This document shows positions 41,961 through 53,281 of a DNA stretch of 64,000 bases, in pieces. This DNA comes from an uncultured delta proteobacterium. GTDB lineage: Bacteria > Myxococcota_A > Polyangia > Polyangiales > Polyangiaceae. Below the pieces are notes generated by a model. The model ran no database searches and was not told where the DNA came from. It worked only from the letters and a program-made list of their open reading frames with translations. Each line of letters begins with the position of its first letter. Position 1 is the first letter of the stretch. The stretch is taken from the NCBI GenBank assembly GCA_963782055.1, contig CAWAIF010000003.1, positions 5,504,001-5,568,000 of the forward strand, in the 5' to 3' direction. Both the position numbers and the translations under genes were made by a program.

Positions 41961-42941
41961 TCAAGGCTTGGCGGGGCGACTGACGGAGTAGATGAGCGAG
42001 AGCGTGCTCGCGGTGTCCAGGTTCTGCTTTCCTGCGATGGGCACGCTGTTGTACTTCGCCGAGAAGCCGGCGGCGACGGAGAAGCCCGCGCCGACGTTCG
42101 CCGCGAGCATCGCGTCGAGGTTGACGCGCGTGCGGACGAGGCTCAGGGCGACGCGGTCCACCTGATCCGCCGCGTAGCCGGGCGGCACTTCGGGCAGACC
42201 GTCCCCGGAGCCGGCGAACCCCTGGAGGAACTCCAGGCCGGTGGTGAGGACGACCTCCTTGTTGAACGAGTGCTGGAAGCCGACGTACGCGCGCGCCGAG
42301 TGCATCGTGTTGTCGACGATGATGACGTAGGGCAGCCCCGCGGGGTCGGTCAACACCCCGCCGGAGCCTTGTTGCTCGATGCCGTAGCGGTCGGTGTAGT
42401 TGAGGTCGTATTCGAAGTCGTAGCCGAGCTCGCCCCACAGCTTGGTCATCGGCTTGTTGACGAAGAGGAGCTTGACGCCCGGATCCACGTTGAAGCGGAA
42501 CATGGTGCCCTGGAAGGCGTCGTGGGTGCCCGTGAGCTGCAGGAAGGCGCTGAAGTTCCGCGTGAAGTAGCGCTCGTAGCGGAGCTTGCCTTGCAGGTTG
42601 CGGACGGTGTCCTTCCAGCCACCGCCGGTGTCGCTGGTCGAGTAGTTGCCGATGAGGGCGGCGCCGAAACCCTCGTTGCCGGCGCGCAGGTCGAGCTTCG
42701 CGCCCCCCGTGGCGGCGAAGAGGCGCGAGTTGCCTGTAGCGAGCTGCGCGCCCAGGTTGGCGGCGGCGGTGAGGAAGTCGGTCGAGGGCTTGGTGGGCTC
42801 CGGCGCGGCGGGGGTCTTCGGCGCGGTCACGACCGTCCCGACGTCCGCCGGCGGCGCTCCCGTCGGACCGCCACCCTGCGCGTAGACGGGCGTCGCGATC
42901 AGATTGGCCACGACGAACGTGGCAGTCGCAATTCGCTTCAT
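41961..42941 (-). CDS. Outer-membrane beta-barrel, DUF481-like
   Basis: Signal peptide, ATGNS, RYERYF, amphipathic strands, C-terminal DTASTLSLIY. Confidence 0.7.
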   Translation of the reverse strand: MKRIATATFVVANLIATPVYAQGGGPTGAPPADVGTVVTAPKTPAAPEPTKPSTDFLTAAANLGAQLATGNSRLFAATGGAKLDLRAGNEGFGAALIGNYSTSDTGGGWKDTVRNLQGKLRYERYFTRNFSAFLQLTGTHDAFQGTMFRFNVDPGVKLLFVNKPMTKLWGELGYDFEYDLNYTDRYGIEQQGSGGVLTDPAGLPYVIIVDNTMHSARAYVGFQHSFNKEVVLTTGLEFLQGFAGSGDGLPEVPPGYAADQVDRVALSLVRTRVNLDAMLAANVGAGFSVAAGFSAKYNSVPIAGKQNLDTASTLSLIYSVSRPAKP

Positions 42942-43116
42942 GACGTTCGCCCTCCCGGCGGATGCTTCCCTCGCCGTCTACGCAACAGGCGTGCCACCCC
43001 GCGTCGGGGCTCGGAGGAGGCCGTGGCGACGTGACCGTCGCCTGCGGCGCGCGCGTCGATTGCGACGTCATGAATGAGCTGCGGCGTGCGTGGGCTGGCG
43101 CGGCGGCGGGGAGGCC

Positions 43117-44136
43117 TCAGAAGCTCCCGCGCACCCCGGCGTAGCTCGGACCCACCGCCAGTGACGCCGACGCGTGCCCCGGCGCGCGCGGGCCGGTGAT
43201 GCTCAGCACGAAGAGCGTCGCTCCCGCGGCGATCCCGATGAACCCGAGCACCAGCCCGAAGTCCGCCACCCCCTGCTGCGTGCGGCCGGAGGAGACCTCG
43301 TCCGCCTTCGACGCCGGACACGGCGCCGTCCCGCACGCGGTCTTCAGACCGTTGTAGGTGGACGTCGCCATCGCGCCGGCGATGGTGAAGGTGAGGAGCC
43401 CGGCGGCGCCAACGCCGCCGGCCACGTAGGCCCACGGCCGGAGGAAGGCGCGGGTGCGCGGGCCGCCGGTGTCGGTGGCCACCGCGCCTGGTGCCGCGCC
43501 GCCGCCGCCCTCGGTCGGGGCCTCGGCGACGCCCTCGGCGCCGGCGTCCATGTCGACGGTCAGGTCGTGCCCGGCCGCCACCGTGACCGTCTTGCGGACC
43601 GGCAGCACACCCGGGGTGATGACCTCCACGTCCACCGAGCCGGGGTTGACCGGCACCGGATCGTGCCAGCCGGCGCGCACGATGGGGCTGCCGGCGACAC
43701 GGAGGGTGGAGGAGCCGTTGGGGTGCGTCACGTTGACGTGAAGGAAGCCGATCTTCGGCTTGATGGCGTCGCGCTCGGCGCCGGCGGCCTGCGCCGCCTT
43801 GCCGTAGCGGCCGTCCTCGTGCTCGTGCTCCTTGGCGTCGGCGGCGGTGCGATCGAACTCCACGTACGCGGCGACGAGGTGCCCGGTCTGCTGCAGACAG
43901 CGCGCGATGTACAGGCGCGTGTTGGGGCTGGCCACGATCTCGATGGACGCCCGGAACTCCTCCAGCGCCTCGGTGTAGTGGGCGCCGTCGTAGAGCTTCT
44001 TCGCCTTGACGAAGTGCGTCTGCGCCTGATCGCGCTGCACCGCGGTGGCCTGCGCAGGGTCGACGCCGGTGGCGTGGGCGAGCCCGGGCACGGCGATGGC
44101 GACGGCGATGGCGAGGAGACAGGCGGTGCGGCGCAT
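43117..44136 (-). CDS. Exported TPR plus PEGA-like protein with hydrophobic C-terminus
   Basis: Signal peptide, TPR helices (ALEEFRAS...SPNTRLYIARC), PVNPG, two hydrophobic helices, terminal GVRGSF. Confidence 0.75.
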   Translation of the reverse strand: MRRTACLLAIAVAIAVPGLAHATGVDPAQATAVQRDQAQTHFVKAKKLYDGAHYTEALEEFRASIEIVASPNTRLYIARCLQQTGHLVAAYVEFDRTAADAKEHEHEDGRYGKAAQAAGAERDAIKPKIGFLHVNVTHPNGSSTLRVAGSPIVRAGWHDPVPVNPGSVDVEVITPGVLPVRKTVTVAAGHDLTVDMDAGAEGVAEAPTEGGGGAAPGAVATDTGGPRTRAFLRPWAYVAGGVGAAGLLTFTIAGAMATSTYNGLKTACGTAPCPASKADEVSSGRTQQGVADFGLVLGFIGIAAGATLFVLSITGPRAPGHASASLAVGPSYAGVRGSF

Positions 44137-44137
44137 C

Positions 44138-45940
44138 TCAGATGCCCTCCGGATCGTAGGTGGCCTTGGGCCGCGGCTTCCTCTTGACGGTGGGGGCGGC
44201 GGTGTCCGGCGGCGGGGGGGCGGCGCTCGCCGACGCCGAATCGTCGGCGGCGGCGCTGGCGCTGTCCTCGGGGGCCGCGCCGGCGCTGTCCTCCGGCGCC
44301 GCCGTCGTGGCGGTGGGCGGGGCGGTGACGGCGACGGTGGCGGTGTGCGGCGCGGTGGCCGTATGGCGGGCGGTGGCGTGCGTCGGCTTCTTCGGCGACG
44401 CTGGCTTGGTGGAGACGACCAGCGCGCGGATGCCCGCGCCGGCGAGCAGGAGGAGGCAGAGCACCCCCACCACCATCAGGATGCGGCGGCCGCGCTGCGC
44501 GCCGAGGCCTGGCGGCGGCGCCGACTGGGCGTCCGGCGCGGAGGCGACGCGCTGCGCGCCCCGCGCCGGCGTGGCGATCGCCGGCGTGGCGATCGCCGGC
44601 GCGGCGAGCGGGGAGGCGGCCACGGGCACGGGCGGCTTCACCGACTCCACCAGCGCGTCGGAGTCCAGGGAGATGGGCTCGGCCTCGAAGGACGACGGCG
44701 GCAGCACGTCGGCGATGCTCGCCACCAGGTCCGCCGGGGGCGGCACGATGCCCGGCACCGGCGCCGGCTCGTCGGTCGCCGAGGGCGCCTCCTTCACGCG
44801 CGGCGCCGGCGTGAGGTCGAGCGGGGGCGCCTGCGGGCGCGGCGCAGGCGGCGGGCCCATCTGCGGCACGCGCGGCGCCTTGGGCACCTCCGGGACCGCC
44901 ACCGGACCGGGTCGCGGCGTGGGCGGGCGCGACGACGGGCGGATGCCGTCGAGCACGCGCGCGGTGCCCGGCGGCACCGAGGGACGCACCGAGGAGCGGC
45001 GCGCGCCCGTCTCCTGCGTCTCCGGCAGGGCGAAGGCCACCCGCCGGGCGAGCACCTTCTCGCCGGCGTACTTGTCGACCGTGGCCGCCACGCGCGGGGG
45101 CATGGCGAGCTTGGAGCGCACCACCAGGCGCACCGCGGCGGCCATCTCCGCGGCGCTGGCGTAGCGGGCGGCGGGGTCGCGCGAGAGCGCGCGCTCGGCC
45201 ACGCCGGCGAGCGGCCCGGCCCAGGACGCGTCGGCGGGGACCGACGCCTTCGGCACGAGCGCCGTGCGGGTGCGCGACTCGCGCGTGGCCTTCGGAAAGA
45301 GGGGGCGGCGCGCCAGCGTCTCCCAGAGGAGCACGCCCACGGCGAAGAGATCGGCGCGGACGTCGGGATCCCCACCGGCGATGACCTCCGGCGCGGCGTA
45401 GGCGAGCACGTCCGCGCCGCCGATCGTCAGGCCGGCCTTGCCGTGGTACGCGCGCACCAGCCGCGTCACGCCGTCGTAGCCGACGATGACGTTGCCCGCG
45501 GTCATCTCCCCGTGGAAGAGCGGCGGCGCCGTCGTGTGCAGCGCGGAGAGCGCCGCGAGCACGTCCACCACCACCCGCACGCCCACCTCCAGCTGCATGG
45601 GCTTCTGGAGGGAGGCGGCGCGCAGCTCGGCGAGCGACTCGCCCTCGACGAACTCGGCCACGACCACCAGCTCGGGGCCGCTCTTGTCGACGTCACGCAC
45701 CGCCGCCACGTTGGGGTGGCGCAGCGTCATGGAGCGGCGGGCGCCGTCCTCGACGGACGCGATCGCCGCGGTCGTCAGCCCCGACTTGGGGCCGATGCGC
45801 TCGACGACCACCAGCTCGACGCCTGTCGGACCGAAGGCGTGCGCGACCGAGGTCGGCACCTTCCGTCCGGGGATCTCGCGCACCGTGGCGATCCGGGAGA
45901 ACGTCTCCTGGGGTGCGAGAGGTGTAGCGGTGTCCTGCAC
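44138..45940 (-). CDS. Degenerate Ser/Thr kinase-like protein (probable pseudokinase) with Pro-rich linker and TM helix
   Basis: LRHPNV, EFVEGESL, YAAPE and DLFAVGVLLWE are kept, but the catalytic loop is HGEMTAGN and DFG is missing; start GTG 45940 or ATG 45949. Confidence 0.78.
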   Translation of the reverse strand: MQDTATPLAPQETFSRIATVREIPGRKVPTSVAHAFGPTGVELVVVERIGPKSGLTTAAIASVEDGARRSMTLRHPNVAAVRDVDKSGPELVVVAEFVEGESLAELRAASLQKPMQLEVGVRVVVDVLAALSALHTTAPPLFHGEMTAGNVIVGYDGVTRLVRAYHGKAGLTIGGADVLAYAAPEVIAGGDPDVRADLFAVGVLLWETLARRPLFPKATRESRTRTALVPKASVPADASWAGPLAGVAERALSRDPAARYASAAEMAAAVRLVVRSKLAMPPRVAATVDKYAGEKVLARRVAFALPETQETGARRSSVRPSVPPGTARVLDGIRPSSRPPTPRPGPVAVPEVPKAPRVPQMGPPPAPRPQAPPLDLTPAPRVKEAPSATDEPAPVPGIVPPPADLVASIADVLPPSSFEAEPISLDSDALVESVKPPVPVAASPLAAPAIATPAIATPARGAQRVASAPDAQSAPPPGLGAQRGRRILMVVGVLCLLLLAGAGIRALVVSTKPASPKKPTHATARHTATAPHTATVAVTAPPTATTAAPEDSAGAAPEDSASAAADDSASASAAPPPPDTAAPTVKRKPRPKATYDPEGI

Positions 45941-46001
45941 CCTCGACATTCTACACGATGAGCGGACGCCGTATACTTTACGGCCCCAGTTTGGGCCGTG
46001 C

Positions 46002-47501
46002 TCAATTTGCGGTGATGGCGATCCCGATTTGCTTGCGAAGCCGCGCGTAGCGGTCGCTCGTCACGAAGGTGAGCAGGTCGTCCATCCGCTCGTCCACGTG
46101 AGCCTTGTCCTCCAGCTCGATCACCTTCTGGGCGGCGCGCAGATCGTTGGCCAGCAGCACGCCGGCGCGGGCGGCGGTCCGGTCCACCGCGGTGGCCCAG
46201 CGCTGCAGGTTGGTGCGGCCGCCCTCCTCCACGAAGCGCAGGAAATGCCCGCGGAGGCGGTCGATGGCCACCGGCTCCAGGATGGGCTCGATCGCCTTGG
46301 CGATGGGCACCACCACCTGCTTGGCGCGCTCGTTGAGAGGGATGCCGGGGTTGCCGATGCTCAGGGCGGCCAGGAAGATGTCCTCCAGGTCGGCGATGTT
46401 CGGGATGAGCGCGCGCATGAACGCCTGCTCGCGGTGGTAGGTCAGGTGCTTGCCCGCGAGGAAGGCGAGCTCCGCGGCGCTGCGACCGGAGAGTGCCTGC
46501 TGCCCCAGCTTGGTGGCAGGCGGCATGGCCGGCACCATCTCCGCGGTGCCCTCGAAGTCGGGGTCGGGGTACAGGTGCGGGGGGTTCATGCCGAGGATCG
46601 CGGCGGCCCACGAGAAGCAGCGCACCGCCTGGATGGTGGAGGTGGCGGGGTCCTGCCGCTTCTCCGGGTCCAGCTTGGGGAGCTGCTTGTCGCGCCGCAG
46701 GGCGGAGAGGCGGCCGATGAGGACGGCCGGGCTGACGACCGCGAAGATCTCCCCCACGAGAGGCTCCTCGTCGGGGTGGAGCAAGAGGCGTGTCCACGCG
46801 TCGGCGGTCAGCGACGCCTTCGGCTGGATGAGCGCGGTCGGGCGGTGCTGGGTGAAGAGCGCGCGCTCGTTCTCCTGCTCCGCGCCGAGGAACACCAGCG
46901 CTTCGGCGACGCAGAACTGCCGGTCGAGATCCTTGGAGCGCTCGTAGACGCGGTAGAGCGCGTGGAGGCTCACCTCGTCGCGCGGGTCGTGGCGCAGCCG
47001 CCGCTGGAGCTCGATCGGATCGTCCTCCGGCACCTGCTTGGCGGGCGGCGCCACGTCGGAGAGGTCCACCTCCACCGAGACCTGCGAGCGCGCCTCCTCC
47101 AGCTGCTGCTGGAGCTCGGTGACCCGTGCCTCCAGGAACTGGATGCGCCGCTGCAGCGCGAGCGTCCGCTGATCGGTGGCGGGCTGGAGGGGCTGGAGCG
47201 AGGCGCGCGGCCCCTCCTTGTCCTCCTCGCTCTCGTACATCTCCTTGATGACGACCTGGTGCCGCGCCTCCCACGCGGCCTGAAGGGCCTGCTCCAGGCG
47301 GCGGAGGCGCTCCTTGTCCAGACCGAGCGATTCGGCCATGCGGTCGAGCTGCTGCCGCTCTTCCTGCGTGATGATGCCGTCCTCGATGACCTCGGCGAAG
47401 AGCTCCTCGTACATCATCTCCAGCTTGCCGAGGCGCAGGTTGCCCGTGACCTCGCCGCGCTCGAACGATTCTGCGTGCTCGAACTCCTGGGTTTCGCTCA
47501 T
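46002..47501 (-). CDS. Hypothetical protein: TerB-like N-terminus, coiled coil and myxobacterial TPR-protein-type C-terminal domain
   Basis: EDGIITQEERQQL...LGL; coiled coil; W..AVDRTAARAGVLLANDL...DLLTFVTSDRYARLRKQIGI recalls the C-terminus of AgmK-like proteins (from memory). Confidence 0.6.
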   Translation of the reverse strand: MSETQEFEHAESFERGEVTGNLRLGKLEMMYEELFAEVIEDGIITQEERQQLDRMAESLGLDKERLRRLEQALQAAWEARHQVVIKEMYESEEDKEGPRASLQPLQPATDQRTLALQRRIQFLEARVTELQQQLEEARSQVSVEVDLSDVAPPAKQVPEDDPIELQRRLRHDPRDEVSLHALYRVYERSKDLDRQFCVAEALVFLGAEQENERALFTQHRPTALIQPKASLTADAWTRLLLHPDEEPLVGEIFAVVSPAVLIGRLSALRRDKQLPKLDPEKRQDPATSTIQAVRCFSWAAAILGMNPPHLYPDPDFEGTAEMVPAMPPATKLGQQALSGRSAAELAFLAGKHLTYHREQAFMRALIPNIADLEDIFLAALSIGNPGIPLNERAKQVVVPIAKAIEPILEPVAIDRLRGHFLRFVEEGGRTNLQRWATAVDRTAARAGVLLANDLRAAQKVIELEDKAHVDERMDDLLTFVTSDRYARLRKQIGIAITAN

Positions 47502-47567
47502 GGGCGGAAGTGTCTCAGGCCCAAAAGGAGGGCACAAGCCCCGGCTTTTCCCCGTCCGGCACCCCGG

Positions 47568-47584
47568 GTTCACCTTGGCGTCAC
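47568..47584 (+). promoter_or_regulatory. PHO-box-like 11-bp-spaced direct repeat
   Basis: GTTCAC-CTTGG-CGTCAC just upstream of the PhoB-like gene. Confidence 0.45.
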
Positions 47585-47609
47585 ATTCCGCGCATAGCGT
47601 CATCCTTCG

Positions 47610-48299
47610 ATGGCGCGGATCCTGGTCATCGAGGACGAGAAGGACCTGCAGCAGGTCCTCGCCTACAACCTTCGCGCGGCGGGCCATGACGTGCTGACGG
47701 CCGGCGAGGGCGTCGAGGGCCTGCGGCTCGCGCGCGAGCACCGGCCGGACCTGGTGCTGCTCGACCTCATGCTCCCCGACATGCCGGGCACCGAGATTTG
47801 CCGCACCCTGAAGCGCGAGCCCGGCACGCACGACTGCGCGGTGGTGATGGTGACCGCCAAGGGCGAAGAGATCGATCGCGTCGTCGGCTTCGAGCTGGGC
47901 GCGGACGACTACGTGGTCAAGCCCTTCAGCGTGCGCGAGCTGTTGCTGCGCGTGCAGGCCATCCTGCGGCGGAGCTGGACCGACACGCCCGCGGCGCCCG
48001 TCTTCGAGTTCGGCTTCCTTCGCGTCGACCGGGACGCCCACCGCGTGTGGGTGCACGGCAAGGAGATCGAGCTCACCGCGCTGGAGTTCAAGCTCCTCTC
48101 CACGCTGCACGACAGGCGCAACCGGGTGCAGACGCGCGGCACGCTCCTGAGCGACGTCTGGGGCATCGACGCCGACATCACGACGCGCACGGTGGACACG
48201 CACGTCAAGCGCCTGCGCGAGAAGCTCGGGGACGCGGGCGACTACATCGAGACGGTGCGCGGAGTGGGCTACCGCTTCGCCGACGAGCCGCCGCGGTGA
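47610..48299 (+). CDS. OmpR/PhoB-family response regulator (PhoB-like)
   Basis: ILVIEDE, LLDLMLP, TAKGEEIDRVVGFELGADDYVVKPF, RTVDTHVKRLREKL, ETVRGVGYRF. Confidence 0.93.
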   Translation: MARILVIEDEKDLQQVLAYNLRAAGHDVLTAGEGVEGLRLAREHRPDLVLLDLMLPDMPGTEICRTLKREPGTHDCAVVMVTAKGEEIDRVVGFELGADDYVVKPFSVRELLLRVQAILRRSWTDTPAAPVFEFGFLRVDRDAHRVWVHGKEIELTALEFKLLSTLHDRRNRVQTRGTLLSDVWGIDADITTRTVDTHVKRLREKLGDAGDYIETVRGVGYRFADEPPR

Positions 48300-48309
48300 C
48301 CGGCGCGCG

Positions 48310-48648
48310 TCACGGCGCCGCCGTCACGTCGAAGTGGTAGGTGTCGCTCTCGCCGTCGACCGTCGTGAGGCTCACGCACAGGTGGTACGTGCGCGCCTCC
48401 TTCGGCGTGAAGGTGATCTGCCCCTCCCGCGCGACCGCGAAGCCGCTCGCCGCGTCGTCCCCGCACGCGATGAACCAGAAGGAGTCCTCCGGGACCTTGG
48501 TGAGGCGCACCTTGCCCAGCGCGTTGTACTCGTACGGCTTGCCGACCTGGGCTTTCGGGCTCGCGTCGTGGGTGATCGTGCCTTGCGGCATCTTGCGGCA
48601 ACCGCCGGCGAGGGCGAGGACCACGACCGCGAGCGCCACGCGCCTCAC
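48310..48648 (-). CDS. Small hypothetical lipoprotein
   Basis: GTG start overlapping the upstream TGA; LAGGC lipobox. Confidence 0.6.
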   Translation of the reverse strand: MRRVALAVVVLALAGGCRKMPQGTITHDASPKAQVGKPYEYNALGKVRLTKVPEDSFWFIACGDDAASGFAVAREGQITFTPKEARTYHLCVSLTTVDGESDTYHFDVTAAP

Positions 48649-49064
48649 GAGCCGAACCCCCGCACGATGGTGACCAGCGCGCTGACGACGTCGGGCTCGT
48701 CGGCCAGGTCGGGGTTGGGGGGCATGAGCGGGCTCTTCTTCACGCCGGGGCCTCCCTTCACGATGGCCGTCTGGATCTCGGCGTCGGCGGTCGCCTTCTG
48801 CCAGGCGTGATCGGTGAAGTCGCGCGGCTTCGGGTCGAGCGTGCCGGACGACGGGCCGTCGCCCTTGCCGGAGGAGCCGTGGCACATCATGCAGCGCTGA
48901 TCGAAGATGCGGCGCGCCTCCTGGTCGGCGGGGACGGCCGAGGCGGCGCCGACGATCGCCGTCGCGGGCGGCGACGTCGCCGCGGCGGTGGCGCCAGGAG
49001 GGGGCTCCCCCTGCGGCCTGCTGCAGGCGACGACCAGCCCGGCGGCGGCGAGGGCCGCCATCAC
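48645..49064 (-). CDS. Monoheme cytochrome c lipoprotein
   Basis: VVAC lipobox, CMMCHG..G.GDG, PRDFT, distal Met in LMPP. Confidence 0.85.
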   Translation of the reverse strand: MMAALAAAGLVVACSRPQGEPPPGATAAATSPPATAIVGAASAVPADQEARRIFDQRCMMCHGSSGKGDGPSSGTLDPKPRDFTDHAWQKATADAEIQTAIVKGGPGVKKSPLMPPNPDLADEPDVVSALVTIVRGFGS

Positions 49065-49071
49065 GAGGCGT

Positions 49072-49839
49072 TCAGGGCGCCGGCGGCGTCGCCGCATGCT
49101 CCACCGCCGAGGCCGTGGTGGCCGGAGGCGGGGGTGTGGTGGGGGCCGCGCCCGCGTGAGCGGCGTGGCCCTCCGGCGGGGGCGGCGGGGCCGCGTGCGT
49201 CGGGGCAGCCGTGGTGCCCGGGGCGGGGGCGTTCGTCGGCGCGGCGCCGCTGTTGGCCGGCGCGGTGTCGGTGGGGGTCGCGCTCTGCGTGGGCGCGGCG
49301 CTCTCGCCCGGGGCGGCGCTGCCTCCCGGGGCGGCGCTCCCGGCCGGCGCGGCCGACCCCTTCGGCGCGGCGGACCCCTTCGGCGCGGCGGACGTCGCGG
49401 CCTCGGTGGACCCCTCCGGCTTGATGGGGTTGACCCAGCTCCCCGGCGCCTGGTCGCCCGACTGGAGCTCCACGCGCGCGCCGCTCTGGGTGTCCAGCGC
49501 GGTGCGGTAGTTGGTGTCGTCCATCGTCAGGGCGAAGAAGACGCCGATGAAGGCGATCGCCGAGATCAGGATGAGGGAGTAGAACTTGTTGTCGTCCTTC
49601 AGGTGCATGAAGAACGTGCACACCAGCGACGCCTTCATCGAGGCGATGATCACCGCGACGGCCAGGTTGGCGCGGCCGAGCGGCACGTACGCCGCCGCCG
49701 AGGTGGTGACGGTCAGGACGATGAGCGCCAGGAACACCGCAATGTACATGCGGTAGCCGTGGACGTGGACGTGTACGGCGCCGTCGTCGTGGTGCGCGTG
49801 GTGCGCGTGCTGCTCCGGCTTCGTCGTGGTGGCGGCCAT
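49072..49839 (-). CDS. Cytochrome c oxidase subunit IV family protein with long Ala/Pro-rich tail
   Basis: His-rich N-terminus, IASMKASLVCTFFMHLK, then APxGSA repeats. Confidence 0.85.
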   Translation of the reverse strand: MAATTTKPEQHAHHAHHDDGAVHVHVHGYRMYIAVFLALIVLTVTTSAAAYVPLGRANLAVAVIIASMKASLVCTFFMHLKDDNKFYSLILISAIAFIGVFFALTMDDTNYRTALDTQSGARVELQSGDQAPGSWVNPIKPEGSTEAATSAAPKGSAAPKGSAAPAGSAAPGGSAAPGESAAPTQSATPTDTAPANSGAAPTNAPAPGTTAAPTHAAPPPPPEGHAAHAGAAPTTPPPPATTASAVEHAATPPAP

Positions 49840-49841
49840 GT

Positions 49842-50570
49842 TCAGACCTTGTCGATGAGGTACATCATCGGGAAGAGGTAGATCCAGACGAGGTCGACCA
49901 GGTGCCAGTAGAGCGCCGTGTTGTCGACCGCGGTGAAGTACTCCTTGGAGAAGTCCCCGCGCATGTTGCGGCGCAGGATCCAGAGCCAGACGCCGATCCC
50001 GACGATGACGTGCAGCGCGTGGATGCCCGTCATCACGAAGTACAGCGAGAAGAAGACGTGGGAGTGGGGCGGCAGCTCGCCGGCGTGGGAGTGCCCACCG
50101 ACGAGAGGCTGGAAGGTGAGGATGTCGCGCGGGGTGCCGAAGTAGCTCCCCGGCAGCAGCCCGTGCTCGAACTTCACCCGGTACTCGAAGAACTTCACGA
50201 CGAGGAAGGTGATGGCGCAGACGATGGTGATGACGATCCAGATGTTCGTCTCGCTCCGCTTGTTGAGCTGCGCGGAGCGCACCGCCAGGGCGGCCGTGAG
50301 GCTGGAGAAGAGCAGCACGCAGGTGTTGCTCGCGCCGATGACGCGGTTCAGCTCGTGGGAGCCCTCGGCGAAGGCGTCGGGGTACCAGGTGCGGAAGATC
50401 GCGTAGGCGACGAAGAGACCGCTGAAGAACAGCAGCTCCTGGGCGAGGAACGCCCACATCCCCATCTTGGCCGCGTCGAACTGCTGCGCGGGGGTGTCGA
50501 AGTGGTGCTGGAGCCACTTCTTGTCGTGACCGTGCTCGGCGTGCGCCGCGCCTTCTGTGCCCGTACTCAT
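49842..50570 (-). CDS. coxC: Cytochrome c oxidase subunit III
   Basis: GMWAFLAQELLFFSGLF, NT..LL.SS, TGIHALHV, LYWHLVDLVW. Confidence 0.93.
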   Translation of the reverse strand: MSTGTEGAAHAEHGHDKKWLQHHFDTPAQQFDAAKMGMWAFLAQELLFFSGLFVAYAIFRTWYPDAFAEGSHELNRVIGASNTCVLLFSSLTAALAVRSAQLNKRSETNIWIVITIVCAITFLVVKFFEYRVKFEHGLLPGSYFGTPRDILTFQPLVGGHSHAGELPPHSHVFFSLYFVMTGIHALHVIVGIGVWLWILRRNMRGDFSKEYFTAVDNTALYWHLVDLVWIYLFPMMYLIDKV

Positions 50571-50577
50571 GGGTGTC

Positions 50578-52227
<1,650 letters not shown>

Positions 52228-52267
52228 CTCGAGATGCTCCTTGGTACTGCCTATCCGCGGCCGCTCT

Positions 52268-53281
52268 CTACTTGAGCGTCTTCATGTAAGCGATGATCGC
52301 GTCGATCTGCTTGTCCGAGAGCTTGAAGGGCGGCATGACGGGGGTGAAGCCGGCGACCACCTTGGCGTTCGGGTTGGCGATGGACTCGTGGACGTAGTTC
52401 TCGTCGGCGATGGTCTGGCCCACGCCGCCGGAGAGGCCGGCGTTGAGCGTGACGCTGCTGCCGAACATGCCCTTCCACGTCGGCCCGGTCCCCTTGGAGC
52501 CGTCGGTGGTGTGGCAGGTGATGCAGGCGTTCTCCTTGTAGAGCTGCTTGCCCCACTGCGCGTCCGTCAGGCCGGCCGGCTTGGCGGGGCCCTCCTTCAT
52601 GCGCTTCTCGAACTCCTCCTCCGTGACGATGTGGATCATGCCCATCATCGCGGAGTGACCGCCGTGGGGCGCGCCCTCGAAGGCCGGCTCGGGGTAGCCG
52701 AGCGGGGCGCCGCAGTACTCCGCGCAGTAGACCGGCGTGTCGCCCAGCGAGGTGGGGGTGAACACCATCGTCGTGTACATGCCCGGCACGGCGTCCTTCT
52801 TGGTGCGCGCCCCCGGCACGTAGAAGGAGTGGATGACGTCCGCCGAGGAGATGACGAACTTCACCTGCTTGTTCACCGGCAGGTACAGCTGGCTGTTGGA
52901 GGCCTGCCCGTTCGGGTACGTGAAGGACCAGAACCACTTCTGCCCGCGCACCTGGATCTGCAGGGCGTCGTCGGAGGCGATCGTCTGGCCCAGGTAGGCT
53001 TTGAAGCCCACGTGGAACAGCCAGATGATGAAGAAGATCGGGATGACGGTCCACGCGATCTCCAGGCGCGGCAGGTGCGGCGTCTCGATGCGCTTGTCCC
53101 CCGGCTTCCGCTTGTTCTTCTTCACCCAGTAGAGCATCAGCCCGGTGATGACGATGGTGAAGAAGACGCTGAACCAGAAGAGGAAGTTGTAGAGCCAGTC
53201 GATCTGCGGCGCCTCCGACGTCATCGCGGGAGGCAGGTCGAAGGCGGCAGGCTTCGGTGAGAAAAGGAGGCTGCTGATCAT
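52268..53281 (-). CDS. coxB: Cytochrome c oxidase subunit II with C-terminal cytochrome c (caa3 type)
   Basis: [25 protein letters not shown]...HSAM, CITCH. Confidence 0.93.
   Translation of the reverse strand: MISSLLFSPKPAAFDLPPAMTSEAPQIDWLYNFLFWFSVFFTIVITGLMLYWVKKNKRKPGDKRIETPHLPRLEIAWTVIPIFFIIWLFHVGFKAYLGQTIASDDALQIQVRGQKWFWSFTYPNGQASNSQLYLPVNKQVKFVISSADVIHSFYVPGARTKKDAVPGMYTTMVFTPTSLGDTPVYCAEYCGAPLGYPEPAFEGAPHGGHSAMMGMIHIVTEEEFEKRMKEGPAKPAGLTDAQWGKQLYKENACITCHTTDGSKGTGPTWKGMFGSSVTLNAGLSGGVGQTIADENYVHESIANPNAKVVAGFTPVMPPFKLSDKQIDAIIAYMKTLK

Noticed and set aside
46002..48203. 733-aa version of the hypothetical protein
   Set aside because: The N-terminal part is the antisense of the response regulator
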